A stretch of DNA of 64,000 bases. Origin: a virus. Shown here piece by piece: positions 9,729-19,608 of this stretch; position 1 is the stretch's first letter; every line of letters begins with the position of its first letter. Position numbers and translations under genes: made by a program. The stretch lies in IMG/VR virus record IMGVR_UViG_3300045988_123906; one strand, written 5' to 3'. Below the pieces are notes generated by a model, which searched no databases, was not told where the DNA came from, and saw nothing but the letters and a program-made list of their open reading frames with translations.

Positions 9729-10241
9729 TCACTTCAGGGTGATCATGTAGTAGGTATAGCGACCATCGCCAAAACCAACAGTCTCAACGAAGTCAATGCA
9801 GCCAAAGGTCTTGTCATCAGCAGCTTCCTGAATCTTGATCTTGGTGTCATCGGCAGCAAAACCGACATACTTGCCCTTTGCGGGGGTGCCGTTAAATGCC
9901 TCGGCAGTAGCAGAGAAGCCACCCTTAGAAACATTCAGAGCATAAACACGCACGGGCTTGCCAGCCTCGTTGACCCACTCGGGCAGATAGTGTGCCACGG
10001 TCTGATCATAGAACAGCTCAACGCCAGCGGTCAGATACAGGTCAGCAACGGTGGAAGTTGCGGTGGGAGCGGTAGCCTTATAGACCTCGCGACCCAGCTT
10101 CTCGCCCAGAACAACCAGCTGAGCGTTATCGATCTCAGCAGCATCGGACTTCTTGTAGAAAATAGCACTCTCCAGCTGAGCACCATCCAGGGTGCCACCC
10201 AGCTTGTCAATGCGCACAACAGCATGCTTATTATTAGCCAT
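9729..10241 (-). CDS. abundant head protein (decoration or scaffold-like)
   Basis: 170-aa ORF, codon-biased, with its own terminator, located between the protease/scaffold and capsid genes. Confidence 0.5.
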   Translation of the reverse strand: MANNKHAVVRIDKLGGTLDGAQLESAIFYKKSDAAEIDNAQLVVLGEKLGREVYKATAPTATSTVADLYLTAGVELFYDQTVAHYLPEWVNEAGKPVRVYALNVSKGGFSATAEAFNGTPAKGKYVGFAADDTKIKIQEAADDKTFGCIDFVETVGFGDGRYTYYMITLK

Positions 10242-10269
10242 AATTATGTACCTCCTAATTTTTGGTAAA

Positions 10270-11898
10270 TTACTTATTGCCGAGATAGTGTTCGATCAGA
10301 CCACCATACGCGACATCTGAACCGTTCTGGGTGCCACCCACGCCAAAGCGGACAGTTCCTTTGTTGTTTTTATTGGGAACATAAGAAAACTCAGCACTCT
10401 TACGGCCAACCAGCGCATAGCACTTAGTCTCCAGATCGGAGTAGCTGATCTCCTTGTTCTCTTTCAGTGCGATATACTCAGCATCTGCGCCAAGCTTCTC
10501 GTCAAAGGTGGCAAACAGAGCGTTGCGCTTTGCTTCCATCTCAGCGGCTTTTGCGTCAGCTTCAGCCTGCTGATATGCTTCTAGCTTTGGTTTGATCTCG
10601 CTAACTTCATTGGCCGCTTTAGTAAAGCTGTCAGACAGTTCAACAAGTTTGTCAGTCAAAGTAGAAAACATAGTGATTAGGCCAGGCATTACGTCGCCAT
10701 TATCCCAGTCCTCATAAATAACTTTTTTGCGTTTAATATTCTCGTACTCCAGAACAACATTGTCACCGTTCATAGAGTAGGGAATACCCATCAGTTGATA
10801 TGTGCCAGAATCGGTTACAATAACTTCGCTGCCCTGAATATCAGTAAGCCAATACTTAGGAATCATGCATTCATTGTCCCAACGAGAAGGAACCTGAACC
10901 TTAAGCAGCGCATTATAAACTTCATCACGAAGCTGATTAGCGGTCAAAGTAAATTCGCTGGACGTAGCGGGTTCGTCTTCTTCGGCTGGCGCAGTATTCT
11001 CAGCGGGAACCTCAGTTGTTGCATTTTCTGCACCTTCTTCAGGTGCGGCGTTTTCGGCAGGAGCAGCCTCAGATTCGGTCTTTGTCGCAGTATTCTCTGC
11101 GGCGGGAGTCTCAATCTCAGGATTCTCCACAGCGCCTTCTGCCACGGCATTTTCAGTCATAGCAGGATTCTTTTCATTTTCATTCATTGGCGTTGTATCT
11201 CCTTTCTCCTCATCGGATGGATTATCATTTTGCGCAGTATAGTTCTGCTGAATTGCTTGATACTCATAGAGCCGATCGCGGATCTGAGCAGTAATATCTT
11301 CAACAGAAAAATTGGCAGTAACGCAGCTGCCTGTCATAGCGGGCTTGATACTCGGATCAGTCGTAGACAGAATGCAGCAACCGTCAAATTTAAAAGACCC
11401 CACAGGAACGTTGCCGTTCTTATCTGCGGGGCCACAAGCCATATCGGTCAGCTCAACACTGTGATTCTTCGTACCATCACGGGTGAAAATATCTACAGGA
11501 TCGCTAAATTTTGTCCAAATCAAACCATCAACACGCAAATACTCCCGTTCAATACCGGTGCCGTCATCCTTAACGATCCAGCGAGGATTACAAGATTCAG
11601 GGATAACACCATAAGCTTGACCAGCATAGACGTACTTCACGTCTTTGTCGGTGATCCGCAGTTCATGTTCATGTCCTTTAAAGTCCTTGTCTTCCTCGTC
11701 AAGTTCATCTACAACGTAGCCCAGGATCGGCGTATTACGGATTGTCGGTACTGCTTTGTTGATCGCGTCTTTTGTGAAACTTGTCTTATTGAGGTTTGCT
11801 CCAGTGTGCATTACATCAATGCTGACATCAATGAAGCGAAAATCAGAAGATTCGTATTCGCCCTTCTTAATAAAAGAAACCGGATATTGTTGATTCAT
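10270..11898 (-). CDS. putative prohead protease / scaffolding fusion protein
   Basis: 542-aa ORF directly after the portal region. It has a globular N-terminal part, a central Ala/Glu/Pro/Thr-rich linker (ENPEIETPAAENTATKTESEAAPAENAAPEEGAEN...) and a coiled-coil C-terminus. Confidence 0.45.
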   Translation of the reverse strand: MNQQYPVSFIKKGEYESSDFRFIDVSIDVMHTGANLNKTSFTKDAINKAVPTIRNTPILGYVVDELDEEDKDFKGHEHELRITDKDVKYVYAGQAYGVIPESCNPRWIVKDDGTGIEREYLRVDGLIWTKFSDPVDIFTRDGTKNHSVELTDMACGPADKNGNVPVGSFKFDGCCILSTTDPSIKPAMTGSCVTANFSVEDITAQIRDRLYEYQAIQQNYTAQNDNPSDEEKGDTTPMNENEKNPAMTENAVAEGAVENPEIETPAAENTATKTESEAAPAENAAPEEGAENATTEVPAENTAPAEEDEPATSSEFTLTANQLRDEVYNALLKVQVPSRWDNECMIPKYWLTDIQGSEVIVTDSGTYQLMGIPYSMNGDNVVLEYENIKRKKVIYEDWDNGDVMPGLITMFSTLTDKLVELSDSFTKAANEVSEIKPKLEAYQQAEADAKAAEMEAKRNALFATFDEKLGADAEYIALKENKEISYSDLETKCYALVGRKSAEFSYVPNKNNKGTVRFGVGGTQNGSDVAYGGLIEHYLGNK

Positions 11899-12110
11899 TC
11901 TGTTTTCACCTCCTCGTCAGCAAAATAAAAGCCCTGGCGAATCGCAACCTGCAACTCAGCCAGAGCATTTTCAAACACAGAATCGTATACAAAAACATAC
12001 TTGTTTGTTGGGTCTATTCGTAGCATCAGAGCGCCACGGTCGGTCAGGAACTTTGCCATCCCGGCGGAGTGTGCTCCGTGTACGATAACTTCATAAATCT
12101 CCTGACTCAT
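11895..12110 (-). CDS. hypothetical protein
   Basis: 71-aa ORF, coupled on both sides (4-nt overlap downstream). Confidence 0.55.
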   Translation of the reverse strand: MSQEIYEVIVHGAHSAGMAKFLTDRGALMLRIDPTNKYVFVYDSVFENALAELQVAIRQGFYFADEEVKTE

Positions 12111-12111
12111 C

Positions 12112-13635
12112 TTATGCCTCCTGTCTATCGGCGCTTACATTGCCAGCATCAGACAGGCCCTCGCCCTTACTTGCATTTGTTGGGCGGCCACCTTCATCCC
12201 CGGCGGAACCGGACTGAGTATTGGAGCTCTTGAGCGGTGTTTCACCAGCACTAAGTCCCAGGATTTCATTTTCAAGATAAGTCATGTTCTCATAATCGCT
12301 ACCCGCATAACCAGTAGTTGCAAGAGCGGCGGTTCGAGTCGGCATACCATAGGTGGCATCCTTGAGATATCTTTCATGCATCTCAGTCACGTTATAATGA
12401 GTGACTGGTAGGAAGTTTAGGCGGAACTTATAAGAACTGGAAACGCTCTTCAGCTTGCGATTGATCCAGCGCTCCAACTGTCGCATCACCGCAAACACGA
12501 TCTCCTGGTCATTCACGGTACACAGCTGCAGGGTAGTAGCAGAAGGATCTTCGCCACCGCCGAACAGATTCTTATTCACGCCAGCGCCTGTAAAGAATGT
12601 GGCCTCAGCATTTGCGACCTCTTTAGAGTCACTGTTCACGCCGCTCTTTTCAAAGTTCCAGCTACTGATCTTCATGGGAGTAAGAATTGCGCCAATATTC
12701 GGCGGAAGTACATTACTCATCATGTCATAGAACTCTTTTGCTGTATCATAGTCGATCAGGAAAGAGCCGTCAGCATCATTCACTGGAATCTCCATTGCCA
12801 GCGCCTTATAGTTATTGGTCTCACTTGCGTTTTTACTGATGGCACGGTAGTCTTCAATATCGGCAAGCGCACTAAACAAACTCACAAATGGGGGAATGGG
12901 GATATAATCGTGCTCGTTTACTTTGATGCAGATGGATTTGGAACTGTCCAGCTCTTGCCACTTGTAGTTCTGCGAGTCAGCCTTATATTGGTTATACATC
13001 GTCTCAAACTCTGGCGGATAGTTGGGCAGCTTGTCTTTGTTGGAATCAAAATAAGAAAAATCAAAAGCAAAATTATAAACGCCGTCTTCAATGCTGCTTA
13101 TTTTACAATAGTCGGCATCAAGATTTTGGAAAGCAAAACTGTCATTTGTCTCCCACGCATAGCCATAGTAAACATCATCGCGGAATGCAATTGTCAGTAT
13201 CTTCGTAGCTTCGTGCGGGATATTCATCAGCTCAACTGCTGTTACAGCGGAATAATATGCTTTCTTAAATTTATTGGCGTTAATTGTCTTAGAGCGATCA
13301 AGTCCATACGGAGAGATCGTGTAAGAGTATGTAGACATATTCGCAAAATACTGAATCAGTCGGCGATAGTAATTTGAAATATTGAATAGATATTTACTCA
13401 TATTTCGTAGCTGCTTCTCATAGTTGGCTGGGTTGCCAAGATAGGTTACGATCTGATTTTTCGTATATTTTGTATATGTTGGATTTGTGTCGGTACTCGA
13501 TGCTAGATTACGGATACCGATATGTGACAGGTTCGCATAAACGCCATTGACAAGATCCTGATATGTTACATAAGAGGTCTTACCATCTTTGGCATTTGTT
13601 ACGCGGACCTTTTTCTGCATTTTATCTTCAGCCAT
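12112..13635 (-). CDS. portal protein
   Basis: 507-aa ORF immediately after the large terminase gene (TAATG overlap). Size and position are typical, and the Gly/Ser-rich charged C-terminus is common in portals. Confidence 0.7.
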   Translation of the reverse strand: MAEDKMQKKVRVTNAKDGKTSYVTYQDLVNGVYANLSHIGIRNLASSTDTNPTYTKYTKNQIVTYLGNPANYEKQLRNMSKYLFNISNYYRRLIQYFANMSTYSYTISPYGLDRSKTINANKFKKAYYSAVTAVELMNIPHEATKILTIAFRDDVYYGYAWETNDSFAFQNLDADYCKISSIEDGVYNFAFDFSYFDSNKDKLPNYPPEFETMYNQYKADSQNYKWQELDSSKSICIKVNEHDYIPIPPFVSLFSALADIEDYRAISKNASETNNYKALAMEIPVNDADGSFLIDYDTAKEFYDMMSNVLPPNIGAILTPMKISSWNFEKSGVNSDSKEVANAEATFFTGAGVNKNLFGGGEDPSATTLQLCTVNDQEIVFAVMRQLERWINRKLKSVSSSYKFRLNFLPVTHYNVTEMHERYLKDATYGMPTRTAALATTGYAGSDYENMTYLENEILGLSAGETPLKSSNTQSGSAGDEGGRPTNASKGEGLSDAGNVSADRQEA

Positions 13636-15392
13636 TACAGTCCTCCCTTCTTTAATACAGGCGCTCTAAAGTTAAACGTGAGCGAAGTTGGCTTTTTATT
13701 CTTCTTCTCCATGCTTCGTTCAACTTGCTGCGCAATGTAATAGTTGTAAGACAGGGAAGAGTAGCGGTCTTTACGGCAGCCGGATTTCTCCTTGACTTTG
13801 ATAACGTTATTCACGGTTTCGTAGCCCAGATTTACAAGCTCGTTTACAGCAAGTCCGGTATTGATATATGGCATCTGTAGTGCGGCTCGTTCAGTAGGCG
13901 ACATTTTATCATAGCCTTTATAGATTTTGCGCAACTGGTCTTCACATCCGTACTCACTCTGAAGCAGATGGATACGTCCTTGCTGGAAACCGCTGCGTAA
14001 TCCAATGGCTACATCGCTATTAAACTGGGAGCTGCCCATAATAGCCTAGATGACCTTGCGAGCATTTTTGTCAGCACAGCGAGATGCGATTTCTTGATTG
14101 TTACAGCAGCTAATCGCAGGATACGTTTCGCCTGTTTCTGGGTCATACATATCGCGCATTAACAGGTCGACCAGAGGTAATCCAACGCCTCTACAGTCAA
14201 CCCCGATATAATCACAGTTGAAGTAATCGAAATACCGTCGCAGTTTTAGTGCCTGGTCTTGCGCACTCATACCCTCAACGTTCTCTGAATAGACAAAGTT
14301 GCTGGTATAGCGCCCTGATTTATTCGGCAGCATACAGTTCAAGAATATACTGGTTGCGTCGTTGTCGTTTTTGCGACTGCTCATCAATGCAATATCGGCA
14401 GTAAGAATTCGCACTTCACCATTTTTCTTTTTCGGCACATCCATAGCAGCTTGATTAAGTAAAAGATTCGGTGCGTAGAACGCCTTTTCAATGACGCGCG
14501 TTTTGTTGATGTCATCAAATTGAAATAAGCCGCCTTCGGTAGCACCAAGCCACTTACATTCGTTCTCCATTGCAAATGTCAAATCAGAAAAACTGGATTC
14601 ACTCATTTCATCTTCTACAGCCTCCTTCAACAGCAAGCCGCTCTTGATTGACATTTGATACGGGAAGGATACGCAGAAATATTTTTTATTAAAGTCGATC
14701 ATATTTACGAAGTAGTCCTGACATTTTTCATAGCTCCAATGGTTTTGGAACCAAGCAGAACTTAGATAGAATTCTTTATTTCGCTCTGCAAGATGTGCAT
14801 ATTGTGGCTTGTCCAAATATCCAGGATGACGAACAATATTCAGGAACTTCTTCAAAATCAAATCAATAACATCTTTAGATAGTAATCTATATTCATCACA
14901 GATAAGAAGTGTAGCTCGACTACCACGACTGCTATCTGTTGCAGTGACAACTTTGATATAGCTACCGTTCCTAAATATAATTTCTGCCTTTTGATTATTG
15001 ATATCGACCTTTTTGATTTCAGATCGTAGAAGGGGACTATTGGGGTAGATCTCCTTCATTATCTTTTCATCCAAAATACTGATAGATTGGCTTCTTACCT
15101 TACAGGCAATACAAACCTTGGAACCAGGCCATAGAATACATGTAATCACACAGAAAACTGCGGTTAGAAATGACTTACCAAGGCCACGAGCAGCAATGAA
15201 GCAGAAGCCGGTACATCTTACCATCAAAAACAATAGTAGCTCTTGGAATGGCTTCAATGTCAGGTTTAAATAGTCTTTTGCAAACCGCTGAGGATTCGCC
15301 CTATAAAATGACGCCCTCAGGGCAACTGCGTTCATTATTTTTTCTGATTTTGTATTCGCTACTTCCTTATCTGTTAATTTCTCTTTACTCAT
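13635..15392 (-). CDS. terL: terminase large subunit, with in-frame TAG (14046-14048)
   Basis: Walker A is AARGLGKS and Walker B is LLICDEY. The track splits it into 448 aa and 134 aa. Both pieces are in one frame, separated by TAG plus 2 codons. The joined protein is 585 aa and ends in a TAATG overlap with the portal start. Confidence 0.85.
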
Positions 15393-16387
15393 GCGGAACC
15401 ACCGCCTTCGCCAATACCGAAAATAGTTTCGCGGAGGCTAGTATCTGTGGCATCGTCCTCATTTGTCTCTGGTTTATGAGCAGTATATCGTTCAAACTCT
15501 TCGTCAAATTCGTCTTGATATGGATTCTTTAAGTTGAACATCTTAAGCAACGTGCCCAACACCCATACTCTGAAATACTTACCGATACCATCAACGTCCT
15601 GCCACTCTGGCGACGGCTCTGGAATCGGTTCTTCCTCTTCCTATTTCTGAATCAGCGTGCCAAAAGTATTCGTCTCAGCCAGTGCGTTATCGTTCGTCTG
15701 GTTCGGCTTGATTTGGGCAGAACCCATTAGGTTTTGTAGGTTATCGTTTGCCTCTTTGATCTTTTTGGTATCACCAGTGGCATCAGCCTTATCGCAATTA
15801 AGTTCTGCCTTTGCAATGCGTTTGAACAGAATTTCTTGTGCGGCCGTCTTACATTCATGTCTAGTGATAAGATTTTGATAGTGCTCATCAAGGAATAAAT
15901 AATCTTTTTCATCCAGACCAGTACCCCAGAATTTTCTCATCTTCAGAGTGACCTTTGTCCCCTTTGTATCACCGGCAGCCAAAGCGTCTTTTTTCTTCTG
16001 GTCGATCACATCGTCATAAGATTTATCTGCATACTGACGTATATTAAGCCGTCCCATATAGGTGTTAATTTTTAAAGCAGATGCCACAGAATGTTCTGAA
16101 GCGTCAAGCAATTTATCATTTACATAGGTATCGAACATCATAGCCAGACGGTCAATCGCTTCATCTTCATCGTTATACTTCTTAACATAAAACTCAAACA
16201 TCTTCTCACGGCACTCATTGCACCACGGGAGGTATCCGTCGTTACCAATAAACCATTGACTCTTCGTTTTTGAGAAATTACCTTTGCGCACGTCATAGAT
16301 TTTTCCGCAACACATACATTTACCACCACTCCAAGAGGGCGGAACCTTGATACGAGGCGGTTTCTTATCTGCGGCAACTCTGGCCAT
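15389..16387 (-). CDS. terS: terminase small subunit candidate, with in-frame TAG (15641-15643)
   Basis: Lies directly upstream of terL and has a CxxC...CxxC zinc ribbon (CMCCGK...WCNEC). The frame continues 83 codons past TAG to a TGA inside an ATGA overlap with the terL start. The start is probably ATG 16387 (TTG 16393 in the track). Confidence 0.6.
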
Positions 16388-16628
16388 AGCCAATCACCAC
16401 CGTTCCATCGTCCATCATATCATCGAAGCGATATTTGATCTGATCCTATAGTTTTAAAACTTCATTCAGTTTTTTCGTCTTGCGGAATTTTGTATATACA
16501 GAGCCGGTTACCGGGTGCTCTCCAATCTCTTCGTAAAAAATTCCCATAGCGCGAACAAACAGCGCTGTCCGTCTGGAATAGCAGTAGAAGTAATCGCCTC
16601 CTAAATCTTTGTGATATTTTTCTTCCAT
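16365..16628 (-). CDS. hypothetical protein (60 aa if TAG 16446-16448 stops, 87 aa if read through)
   Basis: Track ORF 16446..16628. The read-through version would overlap the terS start by 23 nt, so this TAG is ambiguous. Confidence 0.45.
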
Positions 16629-16745
16629 CTCTAATTTGGAACCCTCCTTTTTAACTTATTTTTGTGGGTACAGGTATGCGAGTTGAACGCATCCAAACAC
16701 AGCTTATGAGGCTGGTCAGCACACCGGCGCTGTCACCTGCGACAT

Positions 16746-16777
16746 ATAAAAATGCCCCAGGCCGTAGCCCAGGGCAT
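16746..16777 (-). terminator. rho-independent terminator
   Basis: Hairpin TGCCC..GGC / GCC..GGGCA (16753-16776), followed on the minus strand by TTTTT. Confidence 0.55.
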
Positions 16778-16788
16778 CAAAATCTCTA

Positions 16789-17973
16789 TTAAATTACTAT
16801 CTTTGCTGGCTTCTCCAGCTTGACATCGTACAGACATTCTAGGCCGCTGTCATCGATTACAGCCACTGCCTGTTGCGGCACATCATTCTTGCGCAGTCCA
16901 ATTGCGTAGGAATCGCTGCCACAAACGCAGCCGCTCTCAATAACCTTCGCACCATGCACCGTTGTCATGCCGTTTGTGTGGCGGTGACCAAGGAACGCCA
17001 TGTCAATTGGCTGCTTCACCATCAGTGTCAGGTGCTCAACGACGTTAGCAGGGGAGTCTTTATCTCCATGTGCGTACATCACAAGACTATTCCTAGCTTT
17101 AAAGCCACCAAAGGTCGGATCGAGCTTCTCTGTTTTAATATCAATGCCAGCCAGATTTTGCAGCCGTGCCTTCATATAGAACGGGATCAGTGCCTCAAGT
17201 TCATCGCCTGCTACCTGATCCTCTTTGCTGGGGAATACTCGTGAATGATTGCCACTCACAGAATACACGTCAATATGCTGGCATACCTCGTACAGTGTAG
17301 CAACAAAATTACTTACCAGCTCTGCAGCCGTCATAACCTGCTCAATGCTGTTTTCATTGTTCTGCACGCGGGTATTAACATGGATATGCCCATTGATCAG
17401 GTCGCCCAACAGCAGCACATGAATCTTTTCGGCTGTATGTCGCGCTACGATATTGAACACCTGTGCAGCATAACTCTCAAGCCTAGCTTTCAAGATATCT
17501 TTGTTGAACTTATTCCACGCCGAATCAATACCCGCGCCAGCATGTAAATCAGACAAACACACAATCACATCGTGACCGCTGTCTTCGTATTGCACAACAT
17601 TCAGAAAGTTGTCAGGGTTATACGGAGCAACGTTCTTCAGAATCAATTCCTTAACGGATTCGGCACGGGCAACATCGCGATACACTTTGTTTGCTGCATT
17701 GCGTTCATCTTGTAATTTGATCTTTTCAATCTTCAGTCGCTGTAGTTCATCCTGGATTGTTTCTTCGTTGGCGTGATCAATAGCGTAGTCATAACCATCT
17801 TTCCACGACTTATAGGTCTTGCGGTATCTGCATTCGCCATAGTCTGAGCCGGTTGCTTCATTCAGCAGTTCTGCTGCCTGATTCTAAGTCAGCTTACGTT
17901 CGCTGCATGCCTCACCAATCCGCATCATATATTCATCAAAGGTCTCGCCGTCCGCTTTCTTAAATTCGTCCAT
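16789..17973 (-). CDS. calcineurin-like metallophosphoesterase, with in-frame TAG (17884-17886)
   Basis: Motifs present: LSDLHAG, GDLINGH, SGNH and GHRH. The track ORF starts at an internal GTG. The same frame runs up to ATG 17973, 8 nt from the upstream stop, through one TAG at codon 30. Confidence 0.8.
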
Positions 17974-17981
17974 GCGCCACC

Positions 17982-18179
17982 TCAGATCTCAAAATTGGTG
18001 TTGGTACGCTGGGTGCGGTTCAGTTCGCGTAGCGCCTCTTCTGCCTCGGGATTGCCAGGCAGCTGAGTCAGCACAGACTTGATTTCCTCCGCATACCAGT
18101 GATGAACGGTACGAGTGATATGGACACCGGGAATAACCTTACGCAGATACTCTGCCTCACGCTTAGTAATTTCAACCAT
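17982..18179 (-). CDS. hypothetical protein
   Basis: 65-aa ORF with a TGA stop, tightly packed. Confidence 0.55.
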   Translation of the reverse strand: MVEITKREAEYLRKVIPGVHITRTVHHWYAEEIKSVLTQLPGNPEAEEALRELNRTQRTNTNFEI

Positions 18180-18255
18180 TATAATAAATCTCCTTTGTAA
18201 TTTATAATCGAAAGGGAAATATACAACACCCTTTCATATATTAAGAACTTAAAGT

Positions 18256-19068
18256 TCATTTCGGTCGTTTGTTTCGATTCGCATTCTTTTTCGCTAGACG
18301 TGCCTGTTCTTTCTTTGCCGCACATCCTTTGCAATATCTGCTGGCATTTGGCTTTTCTGAGTGATACTGTTCGCCACACACGATGCAATAACATTCCTTC
18401 GGGTCAAACAACTCTCGCACTATGGCGCTTAGATTCAGCCGATTGTTTTCAAGCATCACATTGAACGTGTACGCAATCGTGTCATTCTTATCAAGGGCAA
18501 AATTTGGGTACTGGTATAAGCATCCAATGTCGTCAGTGCCGGTTCTGTTCAGCAGGTGATAGTCGTCAGAGATCTCTTTCATGCCCCGCACTGTATTATA
18601 GCCGTCGTCCTAGTTCTTCCCAGCGCAATACATGATCTCTGTCTGCTCTTCAAAGCAGCCACCAAAACGTTTCATCTTAAACTCAGTATCCAAGGCAAAG
18701 GTATCACTTCCATACAGTCGGCAGAAGAATATTACCCCAAACAGAACACGTAATTGTGCGTAGTTGATATGATACTTTTGGCGCGCCTCTGTGATATAGT
18801 CCAGATCTTTCTGATAAAGCACAACTTGATGTACGTCAAGTATGGGCGCGTTATTTTTACGGCCTCTGCTGAACGTCTGGATCAAGTGGCTACGGTCATA
18901 GCTGACAGACTCAGGATTTTTCATCCGCTCATAATAAATGGTGGCGCATTCAATAGGGGAGAGGGAGGTTCGCTTCAGCAGATTTCGCAGCATCAGATTT
19001 GACTCGTGATAGTCCTGCCAATGATCGAGCAGCATATTCTCATTACAGTAGAAAGTTGTATATGCCAT
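18256..19068 (-). CDS. hypothetical protein with C-terminal zinc ribbon, with in-frame TAG (18610-18612)
   Basis: Track ORFs 18610..19068 and 18256..18591 are in the same frame, separated only by TAG and 6 codons. The C-terminus contains CIVCGE...YCKGCAAKK. Confidence 0.6.
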
Positions 19069-19077
19069 TTAACCTCC

Positions 19078-19362
19078 TTACTCGATTGGTATAATTTCGC
19101 CATCAATATAGCGGCAAAGTTGTCCATGTGCATTATAGTATGGAGACATATATCCACTATGTAGCCAATAATATATAACTCTTGTATTCTCATCATAGAT
19201 AAGTTTCGTATTAGAAATACTATACAAAGAACTTCCATTATAAACAGCTTTATCGCCTACATTGTTTTTACGCGGAATAGATGCCCAAATTCCAATACCT
19301 AAACATAAACATATTATAGCTATCAAAGTAATTATTGTTATTTTAAAACACCGATAACTCAT
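19078..19362 (-). CDS. membrane-anchored small protein
   Basis: 94-aa ORF with an N-terminal TM helix (ITIITLIAIICLCLGIGIWA). AT-rich. Confidence 0.55.
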   Translation of the reverse strand: MSYRCFKITIITLIAIICLCLGIGIWASIPRKNNVGDKAVYNGSSLYSISNTKLIYDENTRVIYYWLHSGYMSPYYNAHGQLCRYIDGEIIPIE

Positions 19363-19607
19363 TCTGTTTCATCCTTCTCATCAACTGCTTCGTGAACATA
19401 ATTTGAAATACGCTCGAATTCGGTATAATCAAAATACATCTCGCCACAATCACCGCATACCATCGCCGTGATATCCGGCACATGAACCATCTGATTTTTA
19501 TAAGTAAATTCGTGCTCCAGTCCAGTCTGCTTTGTCAACAAGCCGCCACATGTAGGACACTTGGTTATTTTCTGCAGTTTCTTTATTTTCTTCTCAAACC
19601 AACCCAT
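19359..19607 (-). CDS. zinc-ribbon protein (YgiT/MqsA-type zinc-finger pattern)
   Basis: 82-aa ORF with CPTCGG...CGDCGE. Confidence 0.55.
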   Translation of the reverse strand: MGWFEKKIKKLQKITKCPTCGGLLTKQTGLEHEFTYKNQMVHVPDITAMVCGDCGEMYFDYTEFERISNYVHEAVDEKDETE

Positions 19608-19608
19608 A